Assembly (NCBI GenBank): GCA_965140585.1
Contig: OZ223273.1
Coordinates: 1 to 19,488, forward strand
Length of the DNA stretch: 19,488 nt
Origin: Spirochaetia bacterium
GTDB taxonomy: Bacteria; Spirochaetota; Spirochaetia; UBA9216
Direction: 5' to 3'
Under the pieces are notes generated by a model that worked only from the letters and a program-made list of their open reading frames with translations, searched no databases and had not been told where the DNA came from. How positions within the stretch are numbered: the first letter of the stretch is position 1; the number at the start of each line of letters is the position of its first letter. Positions 8,400 through 16,092 of this stretch are shown here, in pieces. The translations under genes and the position numbers were made by a program.

Positions 8400-10526
8400 A
8401 TGTTTCAGGAAGAGCTTAAGCAGTCTGTCGGGCGTCTGCAGGGTATAGGACCAAAGACCTCGGCCGCACTGTCAAGGATCGGTATCCATTCTGTAAGCGA
8501 CATCCTGAAATACTACCCGAGAAGTTATGAGAACCGGCTCGATGAGGTGGATTTCACTGCAGCTTTCAAATCATCAGGACAAACCATTGTTAACACCTCC
8601 GCGACAGTGACGGCTCACGAGTACTTCGGCTGGGGAAAAAAGCAGACTCTGAAAATTCTTCTAAATGATAATAAGGGGATTCCCGCATCGCTTATATGCT
8701 TCGGGCGCAATTTTCTTGCCGAAAAACTGAAGGAAGGAACATCTGTCCTTGTTTTCGGAACTTTCAGCGTACGGTACAACGAACTGCAGAGTACAGCTTT
8801 TGATTTTGAAATAATACCCGAGCTCTTTGATATCACCGCAAAGCAGCTTTCCGCGCGGAATATATCAGACAGCTTTGGAAGAATACTTCCTGTCTACCCC
8901 CTGACTTCCGGGCTTACACAGAAAGGCCTCCGCAAGGCCGTCAGAAACGCGGTAGACCAGTACGGCAAGTTTATTTCCACAGAACTGCCGGAAAACATTA
9001 TATTATCCAACGGTCTTATGTCAAAAGCCGATGCCGTCGAAAAGATACATTTTCCGGAAAGAACCGAAGATACGGCTAAGGCTGAACTTACACTTAAATA
9101 CGAGGAGCTCTTTCACTTTCAGATGGCTGCAGCCAGAAGAGCACTCAAACGCAGGGAGGCAGGCAGACGCAGCAAAACCGGAATTCACCATCCGGAGAGG
9201 AATCTGCATCTGAAGCTGATAGACAGCCTGCCGTTCAGCCTTACCGACGGCCAGAATCAGGCTATTGATGAGATTCTTGAAGATCTTGATTCTGAGCGGC
9301 CGATGGCCAGGCTGCTTCAGGGGGATGTAGGCTGCGGAAAAACTCTTGTGGCCTTCATTTCAGCTTTAAGGTGCATCGAAAACGGGATGCAGTGTGCATT
9401 TATGGCGCCTACGGAACTGCTTGCGAGGCAGCATGCCGATAATGCTGACAGGCTGCTTTCACCCCTCGGAATCAGGGTGGCACTTTTAAGCGGTTCGGTA
9501 AAAAAGGACAAAAGAGAACTTCTTCTCAAAGCGCTGACCAACGGAGAAGTTGATCTGCTGATTGGCACTCATGCACTTTTCGGTGACGACATAAACTTCA
9601 AAAAACTTGGGCTTGCAGTAATTGATGAGCAGCAGCGATTCGGCGTGCTTCAGCGTACTGCCCTCTCGGAAAAAAATACGGCCGCAGATCTTCTGCTGAT
9701 GACTGCGACTCCCATTCCCCGAACCCTGGCAATGACGGTTTTCGGTGATATGGATGTTACAACCATTAAGTCTATGCCGCCGGGCCGCTCGCCGGTTGAG
9801 ACACACCTTGCGGCACTCGGACGTGAGGAGAAGGTCTATCAATTCATAAAAAAACAGCTGTCCAAAGGCCGGCAGGCTTACTTTGTGTATCCGCTTATAA
9901 GCAGTTCGGATAAAATAGAACTGAAAGATGCCGAGTCAATGTTCAGTTCACTGAAGGATGAGATTTTTCCGGAACACAGAGTCGAACTCATACACTCAAG
10001 AATAGATGAAAACGAAAAAAAGAAAATCATGGATGAATTTCATGCGGGAGAGGTACGAATACTTGTAGCAACAAGCGTTGTTGAAGTAGGGGTCGATGTA
10101 CCCAATGCAAACTGTATGGTGATTGAGCATGCCGAGCGTTTCGGCCTATCAGCTCTGCATCAGCTTCGCGGAAGAGTCGGCCGTGGAGAACATCAGTCAT
10201 ATGCCTTTCTGGTATACAGCCCGGAACTCACTGAGGCGGGAACTGCAAGACTGAAGGTAATGAAGGAAAGCACTGACGGTTTTCTGATTGCAGAGGAGGA
10301 CCTGCGTATCCGCGGTCCCGGAGATCTGGCGGGCAGCGCCCAGTCCGGCTTCATGCCCTTCACAATTGCAGACCTTAATACCGACTTCGATCTTCTTAAA
10401 AAAGCAAGAGTTGATGTCAGGCAGCTGATGGATACTGATCCGGGACTGCTTCAGCCGCAGAATTCAGTACTTAGAAAACTGTTTGAAACCTGCCCGCCGT
10501 TCAGCAACATGATTTCAGGAGAATAG
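8400..10526 (+). CDS. recG: ATP-dependent DNA helicase RecG
   Basis: GIGPK N-terminus, YYPRSYE, RILPVYPLT, RLLQGDVGCGKT (motif I), MAPTELLARQH, DEQQRFG, MTATPIPRTL, VEVGVDVPNA, HQLRGRVGRG and the TRG motif DGFLIAEEDLRIRGPG. SD AGGGGA upstream. Confidence 0.97.
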   Translation: MFQEELKQSVGRLQGIGPKTSAALSRIGIHSVSDILKYYPRSYENRLDEVDFTAAFKSSGQTIVNTSATVTAHEYFGWGKKQTLKILLNDNKGIPASLICFGRNFLAEKLKEGTSVLVFGTFSVRYNELQSTAFDFEIIPELFDITAKQLSARNISDSFGRILPVYPLTSGLTQKGLRKAVRNAVDQYGKFISTELPENIILSNGLMSKADAVEKIHFPERTEDTAKAELTLKYEELFHFQMAAARRALKRREAGRRSKTGIHHPERNLHLKLIDSLPFSLTDGQNQAIDEILEDLDSERPMARLLQGDVGCGKTLVAFISALRCIENGMQCAFMAPTELLARQHADNADRLLSPLGIRVALLSGSVKKDKRELLLKALTNGEVDLLIGTHALFGDDINFKKLGLAVIDEQQRFGVLQRTALSEKNTAADLLLMTATPIPRTLAMTVFGDMDVTTIKSMPPGRSPVETHLAALGREEKVYQFIKKQLSKGRQAYFVYPLISSSDKIELKDAESMFSSLKDEIFPEHRVELIHSRIDENEKKKIMDEFHAGEVRILVATSVVEVGVDVPNANCMVIEHAERFGLSALHQLRGRVGRGEHQSYAFLVYSPELTEAGTARLKVMKESTDGFLIAEEDLRIRGPGDLAGSAQSGFMPFTIADLNTDFDLLKKARVDVRQLMDTDPGLLQPQNSVLRKLFETCPPFSNMISGE

Positions 10527-10527
10527 A

Positions 10528-11061
10528 ATGCGTATCACAGGCGGAAACTACAAAGGCAGAATTATCCAGTGTCCCAAAGGCATCATAAGACCGGCTATGG
10601 ACAGGATGCGGGAATCACTTTTCTCAATTCTTGGAAACATCAGCGGAGACTCATTTCTCGATCTGTTTTCAGGGTCAGGATGCGTCGGCATTGAAGCCGC
10701 CAGCAGAGGTGCGGAACCGGTGGTGCTTGTAGAGAAGGATTTCAAAAAAAAGTCCGTTATAATAAAAAATATGAGCATTGCCGAAGAGGAAATTTCGCTT
10801 AAGATGATGTCGGCCGAAAAATACATGTCAATCTGTAAACGCAGCTTCGATCTGGTTTATATGGACCCGCCCTTTCCGATGGACGGAAAAATCAAGCTCG
10901 TAGAAAAAGCCTCATCAGAAGACATTCTTGCTTCCGGCGGAACGCTGATGATTCACTATCCTTCAGAGGAAAAATGGCCCGAAAAAGTCGGCGATTTCAC
11001 CATAACCGACCGGAGAACGTACGGACGCTCCATCCTGCTGTTTTTCAGGCGGTTGTCTTAG
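10528..11061 (+). CDS. rsmD: 16S rRNA m2G966 methyltransferase
   Basis: MRITGG.YKGR, RP..DRMRESLF, LDLFSGSG..GIEAASRGA, DPPF and C-terminal R.YGRS. Confidence 0.93.
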   Translation: MRITGGNYKGRIIQCPKGIIRPAMDRMRESLFSILGNISGDSFLDLFSGSGCVGIEAASRGAEPVVLVEKDFKKKSVIIKNMSIAEEEISLKMMSAEKYMSICKRSFDLVYMDPPFPMDGKIKLVEKASSEDILASGGTLMIHYPSEEKWPEKVGDFTITDRRTYGRSILLFFRRLS

Positions 11062-11082
11062 GATCCGTAAATCTGATATTAT
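11053..11082 (+). promoter_or_regulatory. Putative sigma70 promoter (extended -10) for hisZGB
   Basis: TTGTCT (11053-11058), 18 nt, TATTAT (11077-11082) with TG at 11074-11075. The ATG lies 5 nt downstream at 11088. Confidence 0.55.
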
Positions 11083-11087
11083 AGAGC

Positions 11088-12179
11088 ATGAATAATAAGA
11101 CAATGATGAAGGTTCCCCAGGGTTCAGAAAGTTTCTTTTTTGAGGAAGCATTTATTCACCGGAAAATTACAGAAACCCTCCAGAACCTGTTTAACTCCTG
11201 GGGTTATCTGCCTGTAGAAACCCCGGTTTTCGATCTTTACGATGTCTACAGGGAGCTCATTCCCTCCGGAGATGATGAAAGAATTTACAGGCTGATAGAT
11301 CGTGACGGTGATCTACTTATGCTCCGCTCTGATATAACACTTTTTCTTGCCCGACAGATGGGTCTGATTCTATCAGAGGAGGATCTTCCCGTTAGAGTTT
11401 GCTATTCAGACAGCATCCTCAGACATCAGGACTCAGAAGATATTTCACACAACGAGTTCTACCAGACCGGTGTTGAGCTTATAGGCAGAGGCGGCTTCCG
11501 CGGAGATATGGAGATACTCCTTCTTCTTGCAGAAACTGTAAATCTGCTTGAAATTCCTGTTAAAGTTCATCTGGGTTCACATGCTCTGTTTAACCTTATG
11601 TTCGCCGGATTCTCCGAAAAAAAGAGACTGGGACTTCAGAAAGCCATAAGCCTGCGCGATTTTGATAGGGTTGCTGAAATAACGGGAGAAGAAACCGGCG
11701 AATACGGAAGCAGAAAAATTGCAAAACTTTTCGGCTTCATAGGCGGCAGCAAAGATTTCACCGACTTCATCAATGAGAATAAAGACAGTTTCCATATAGA
11801 TATCTATGAAGAACTCAAGTATCTGAACAGCCTTGTATCATCACTTGAAAACACAGGCTTCTCAGACATTTTCACACTTGATCTTTCAGAAATTGGAAAC
11901 CAGGCCTACCATACCGGTATCGTTTTTCAGGTATACATGGATGAAGTAGACTCTGCGGTTATTTCCGGCGGTAGATACGACAACCTGCTTCTGAACTTCG
12001 GAATTAACGCTCCGTCGGTAGGTTTTTCATTGCTTCAGAGAAAGATAGAACCGGGGATAGGAAACAGAAAACGCTTTGCACCGCCGGCAGACATATTTGT
12101 TGCAGATGATGAAAATGTCATTGAAGCTTTCAGGAAAGCGCTCGAACTCCGGAAAGAAGGAAAAATAGCAGTAATATGA
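11088..12179 (+). CDS. hisZ: ATP phosphoribosyltransferase regulatory subunit
   Basis: HisRS-like catalytic fold (WGY.PVETP, LMLRSDIT, EFYQTGVELIG, YHTGIVF, SGGRYDNL, SVGFS) without a full anticodon-binding domain. Directly upstream of a short-form hisG. Confidence 0.92.
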   Translation: MNNKTMMKVPQGSESFFFEEAFIHRKITETLQNLFNSWGYLPVETPVFDLYDVYRELIPSGDDERIYRLIDRDGDLLMLRSDITLFLARQMGLILSEEDLPVRVCYSDSILRHQDSEDISHNEFYQTGVELIGRGGFRGDMEILLLLAETVNLLEIPVKVHLGSHALFNLMFAGFSEKKRLGLQKAISLRDFDRVAEITGEETGEYGSRKIAKLFGFIGGSKDFTDFINENKDSFHIDIYEELKYLNSLVSSLENTGFSDIFTLDLSEIGNQAYHTGIVFQVYMDEVDSAVISGGRYDNLLLNFGINAPSVGFSLLQRKIEPGIGNRKRFAPPADIFVADDENVIEAFRKALELRKEGKIAVI

Positions 12180-12829
12180 ACAATAATCAGCCATTACTTT
12201 TCGCTCTGCCCAAAGGCAGACTCATGGAACAGACACAGGAAATGCTTGCCACAATGGGCATTGATTTTTCTTTTGATAACAGAAAGCTTGTTGCAGATGA
12301 TAAAGATGGAAACCTGAGGTTCTTTCTGGTAAAAAACTCGGATCTTCCTACATATATTAATCACGGAATCGCAGGTCTCGGGATTTGCGGTTCGGATGTC
12401 ATCTATGAATCCGGTCACGATTTTTATAAACTTCACACCTTCTCATTCGGTGGGACAAAGATGTGTCTCGCAGGTTTGAAGGATAACCACAACTCAGGAA
12501 ATGAAGCTTCACTCAAGGTTGCAACAAAGTTTACCAAATTCACCAGCGACTATTATCACAAGGCCGGCAAACCGGTTCAGGTGATTAAACTAAACGGGTC
12601 TGTTGAACTTGGACCTGTTCTGGGGCTTGCTCCATATATTGTTGATCTTGTTGAAACAGGAAATACACTGAAAGCAAATAATCTTGAGGTTATTAGAGAG
12701 CTTGCCCCTATCAGTGTTCATCTGATTGCTAATCCTGCTTATTACAAACTTAACTATAAGCGGATAAATAAATTTGTCGATGATATTATCAAAGGGGAAG
12801 CTCGATGGCTGGAAGAAAAGCAGAAGTAA
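12176..12829 (+). CDS. hisG: ATP phosphoribosyltransferase, short form
   Basis: ALPKGRL, GICGSDVI.E, VATKF, IKLNGSVELGP..GLA..IVDLVETGNTLKANNL. At 217 aa it lacks the regulatory domain. ATGA overlap with hisZ. Confidence 0.96.
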   Translation: MNNNQPLLFALPKGRLMEQTQEMLATMGIDFSFDNRKLVADDKDGNLRFFLVKNSDLPTYINHGIAGLGICGSDVIYESGHDFYKLHTFSFGGTKMCLAGLKDNHNSGNEASLKVATKFTKFTSDYYHKAGKPVQVIKLNGSVELGPVLGLAPYIVDLVETGNTLKANNLEVIRELAPISVHLIANPAYYKLNYKRINKFVDDIIKGEARWLEEKQK

Positions 12830-13401
12830 TCAGAAAAACTAAAGAAACAGATATAAAACTCACAGTTGATCTTGATTTAAAGGGAATTAAACCGGAAATA
12901 AGCACCGGAGTCCCTTTTTTTGACCATATGCTGTACTCTATGTCTTATCATGGCGGCTTTTTCCTGAAAATTGATGCTGCCGGAGATATTGAAGTAGATC
13001 CCCATCATCTTGTGGAAGATACAGGACTGGTTTTGGGCGAAGCTTTTCGGCAGGCAGCTGAAAAAGGCGGCCCCTTAAGCCGCTTCGGACATTTCATTGT
13101 ACCTATGGATGACTCACTTTCTGAAGTCACCGTTGATGCCTGTGGACGCCCCTATCTAGTATACCGGGCGGAATATCCTCAACAGCTTGCCGGAAATTTT
13201 GATTTAAGTCTGGTTAAAGAGTTTATGAAGGCATTTTCCGACAGAGCTGGGCTAAACCTTCACGCTGAATGCCGCTATGGTGAAAACGGTCATCACATGG
13301 TTGAGGCTCTCTTCAAGGCACTTGGCAAGGCGCTTGGGCATGCCTATGCACTTTCGGGCAGCATTGAAGAGCTTTCTACAAAAGGTACCTTATCAAAATA
13401 G
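12805..13401 (+). CDS. hisB: Imidazoleglycerol-phosphate dehydratase (monofunctional)
   Basis: RKTKETDI, STGVPFFDHML, GDIEVDPHHLVEDTG, PMDD, NGHHMVEALFKA and STKG.L. Overlaps hisG by 25 nt. Confidence 0.96.
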   Translation: MAGRKAEVIRKTKETDIKLTVDLDLKGIKPEISTGVPFFDHMLYSMSYHGGFFLKIDAAGDIEVDPHHLVEDTGLVLGEAFRQAAEKGGPLSRFGHFIVPMDDSLSEVTVDACGRPYLVYRAEYPQQLAGNFDLSLVKEFMKAFSDRAGLNLHAECRYGENGHHMVEALFKALGKALGHAYALSGSIEELSTKGTLSK

Positions 13402-13421
13402 TAGCCGATTATATATAATTG

Positions 13422-13450
13422 TTGATTTTATATGGAATATTTACTATAGT
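13422..13450 (+). promoter_or_regulatory. Putative sigma70 promoter for the TPR-TPR-rlmN unit
   Basis: TTGATT (13422-13427), 17 nt, TATAGT (13445-13450) in an AT-rich intergenic gap. TTG 13456 and ATG 13459 follow closely with no SD. Confidence 0.6.
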
Positions 13451-13455
13451 TTAAA

Positions 13456-13800
13456 TTGATGCCGGGTAATTTTGAACGTATATTGAAAAATATACCACAA
13501 GAGGGTTTTTTAAAACTCACCAAAGATGATCCAATAGCGATTACCAGCGAACAGAAAGCTGCACTAATCAGAAAAGGCAACGATTTTTTCAACAGCGGAG
13601 AATTTGAGAAAGCAAAACGGGTATTTATAACCACAGGATATTCGGATGGTTTAATAAGAATCGGTGACTGGTACTATGAAAAAAAAGACCATCTTGAAGC
13701 TCTCCGGATGTACTGGCTTGCCCCGGCCCCTGACAAGATCGAAAAATGCACCATAGAAGTTGCCAATGCTTTAAAAAAATGGATTAAAGATGATTATTGA
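13456..13800 (+). CDS. Small helical (TPR-like) conserved hypothetical protein
   Basis: About 113-114 aa with TPR-like helices (LIRKGNDFFNSGEFEKAKRVF; LIRIGDWYYEKKDHLEALRMY). The start is TTG 13456 or ATG 13459. Confidence 0.75.
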   Translation: MMPGNFERILKNIPQEGFLKLTKDDPIAITSEQKAALIRKGNDFFNSGEFEKAKRVFITTGYSDGLIRIGDWYYEKKDHLEALRMYWLAPAPDKIEKCTIEVANALKKWIKDDY

Positions 13801-14972
13801 ATAATAAGGATGGTAAGATGTCAGCACTATCAAATGAACCTGATTTCATGGAGGAGAATTTCACAGACAGCAATGATCCCGAAAATGAAATTCTGAATGA
13901 AATTTCAGAACTTTCCAAAAGAGGTTACCAACTTCTAAAGGAAAATCTGATTGAGGAAGCGGAGGATTGTTTTTATCAGATTCTTGATAAGGATGAACTT
14001 AACAACTACGCACTTGTAGGTCTCGGTGATTCAGCCAGAAAAAAAAGTGACTTCAGACAGGCTATAGTCTACTATCAGAAATGTCTGGATAACCATCCCG
14101 GAAATAATTACGCATTATTCGGTCTTGCTGACTGCTACAAAGCCCTTAACAAATACAATCAGGCCATTAAAATCTGGGAAGAATATCTTCAGCATGATGA
14201 TTCAAATATAACAGTATTAACCAGAGTTGCAGATGCCTACCGAAAGGTTCGGGATTTCAAGAAATCTAGAGAAATCTATCTTAAAGTTCTTGAAATGGAA
14301 GAAAATAACGCCTATGCACTTATAGGTCTTGGCCATCTTCACTATGATTTCAGAGAATATCGTGATGCTCTGAAATACTGGGAGCGAATGTACGAAATCA
14401 ATAAGGATAATGTTGATATCAGGGTACTCACTTCTCTTGGTAACTGTCACAGAAAACTGAGAACCTTTGAAAAAGGAACCCAGTATTTCGACAAGGCGCT
14501 GGAACTTGAACCCAATAACTTCTATGCCCTTTTCGGAATGGCCGACTGCTACCGCGGTATGAATGCCCATGCAAAATCACTTGAATACTGGGATAAAATC
14601 CTTAAAAAAGACCCGGAAAACAAGGTTATCCTCACCAGAGCCGGAGATGCCTATCGAAATCTTGAAGAGTTCGATCTTGCAGAAGATTACTATAGCCGTG
14701 CACTGAATATCGAGTTCGATGTATATGCTATTTTGGGCCTTGCTCTTATAAACAAGCTTCGCGGCAACTACGAGAATGCCATAGAGAGCCTTCGGGGCCT
14801 TCTCAAGAATGATCCGAAAAATCACCGGCTTTATACTGAAATAGCCGAATGCTATATGCATCTTGGAGATAGAAACAAGGCTATTGAAACTCTTGCAGAA
14901 TTTCAGAAACTCGGTCTGAGAAACGCCTTTGTTTCCAATCTGCTCGACAGGCTCAGAGGCGGTAATTTCTGA
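13797..14972 (+). CDS. Tetratricopeptide repeat protein (about 9-10 TPRs)
   Basis: Repeating ~34-aa units such as NYALVGLGDSARK..DFRQAIVYYQKCL, NYALFGLADCYK and VLTRVADAYRK. The start is TTG 13797 (overlapping the previous stop) or ATG 13818. Confidence 0.9.
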   Translation: MNNKDGKMSALSNEPDFMEENFTDSNDPENEILNEISELSKRGYQLLKENLIEEAEDCFYQILDKDELNNYALVGLGDSARKKSDFRQAIVYYQKCLDNHPGNNYALFGLADCYKALNKYNQAIKIWEEYLQHDDSNITVLTRVADAYRKVRDFKKSREIYLKVLEMEENNAYALIGLGHLHYDFREYRDALKYWERMYEINKDNVDIRVLTSLGNCHRKLRTFEKGTQYFDKALELEPNNFYALFGMADCYRGMNAHAKSLEYWDKILKKDPENKVILTRAGDAYRNLEEFDLAEDYYSRALNIEFDVYAILGLALINKLRGNYENAIESLRGLLKNDPKNHRLYTEIAECYMHLGDRNKAIETLAEFQKLGLRNAFVSNLLDRLRGGNF

Positions 14973-14977
14973 TCTGA

Positions 14978-15994
14978 ATGACAGAATTTGAATTTAATTC
15001 TGCAGCCGGCAGTCTGCCGGAGCAGATAAGTAAAATAACCGGAAGCGGCCCCGCCTACAGAGGCCGCCAGATATTTGATTGGATATGGAAGGGTGCTCAG
15101 ACATTTACCGAGATGACCAACCTCCCTGCCGGGATTCGTTCTGAACTTGACGACAGACTTTCGCTTTATTCCTCAAAAATTCTCGAAAAACATGAAGATA
15201 ATGACAATACTGTGAAACTGCTGATAGAGCTTTATGACGGGGCGCGCATTGAGACCGTACTGCTTACGGATGAGACAGGAAGAAAGACTGCATGCCTGTC
15301 TTCCCAGGTCGGCTGTGCTATGGGCTGTAAATTCTGCCGTACGGCACTGATGGGATTGAAACGTAACCTTCGTTCCGAAGAAATCATTGAGCAGTTCCTG
15401 CATCTTAAAAACAGCTACGGAGATATCAGCAATATTGTCTACATGGGGATGGGTGAACCTCTTAACAACTACGACGAATTTAAGAAGTCGGTTGCACTAT
15501 TTACAAGGAAAGACATGCCCGGGCTCAGTCCGAGGCGAATAACAGTTTCAACCTGCGGCATAGTCTCAGGAATTAAGAAAATTGCAGCTGAACTGCCGGC
15601 GCTGAGGCTTGCAGTATCGCTTGTTAGCGCCGATCCGAAGAAAAGGCTGTCGCTGATGCCTGTAACCGCAGGAAACAGCCTGGATGAACTTAAAGAGGCG
15701 CTGATAGTATTTCAGAAGGCATCAGGAAAGAGGCTGACGCTCGAATGTGCAATAATGTGCGGCATCAACGACGCTATAGCGGATGCAGCAGGAATTGCCC
15801 GCTGGGTATCAGGACTTAATGCCATAGTAAATGTAATTCCCTGGAACAGGGCTGATGATATAGATTTTTCCGAACCGGATGAGAAATCTATTGAAGCATT
15901 CTGTGCTGTACTGGAAAAAAGCGGTGTCCCTGTTACAAGAAGATACCGCCGCGGCCGCGGACTCAACGCCGCCTGCGGTCAGCTGGCTACCTGA
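14978..15994 (+). CDS. rlmN: Dual-specificity 23S rRNA m2A2503 / tRNA m2A37 radical SAM methyltransferase
   Basis: YRGRQIFDW, MTNLP, IETVL, CLSSQVGCAMGCKFC (CxxxCxxC), YMGMGEPL.N, RITVSTCG, VNVIPWN and AACGQL. Confidence 0.95.
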   Translation: MTEFEFNSAAGSLPEQISKITGSGPAYRGRQIFDWIWKGAQTFTEMTNLPAGIRSELDDRLSLYSSKILEKHEDNDNTVKLLIELYDGARIETVLLTDETGRKTACLSSQVGCAMGCKFCRTALMGLKRNLRSEEIIEQFLHLKNSYGDISNIVYMGMGEPLNNYDEFKKSVALFTRKDMPGLSPRRITVSTCGIVSGIKKIAAELPALRLAVSLVSADPKKRLSLMPVTAGNSLDELKEALIVFQKASGKRLTLECAIMCGINDAIADAAGIARWVSGLNAIVNVIPWNRADDIDFSEPDEKSIEAFCAVLEKSGVPVTRRYRRGRGLNAACGQLAT

Positions 15995-16038
15995 ACATTC
16001 AAATCATTCCCAAGCGGATACGCCCTGCCGGGCGCATC

Positions 16039-16075
16039 AAAAAAAAGGACTGATTTTGGAAAAATCAGTCCTTTT
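16039..16075. terminator. Bidirectional rho-independent terminator between convergent rlmN and alaS
   Basis: Perfect inverted repeat AAAAGGACTGATTTT (16043-16057), GGA, AAAATCAGTCCTTTT (16061-16075). It gives a U8 tail on the - strand (alaS) and a U4 tail on the + strand. Confidence 0.85.
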
Positions 16076-16092
16076 CAATATCAGTTTATAAA

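Noticed and set aside
11088-12179. Histidyl-tRNA synthetase (hisS)
   Set aside because: It is shorter, lacks a full anticodon-binding domain and is coupled to a short-form hisG, which is diagnostic of HisZ.
12100-14500. More AT-rich stretch as a horizontally acquired island
   Set aside because: The shift is mild by eye and not computed. The genes are housekeeping-type, and no integrase, tRNA or flanking repeats are present.
14978-15994. Cfr antibiotic-resistance methyltransferase
   Set aside because: It has MGMGEPL (Cfr typically has MGMGEAL) and a housekeeping context with no mobile element.
15949-16034. Palindrome CCGCGGCCGCGG (15949-15960) and small hairpin CGCCC-TGCC-GGGCG (16021-16034)
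   Set aside because: The first is explained by Arg/Gly codons in rlmN. The second has only a 5-bp stem, and a much stronger terminator lies next to it.
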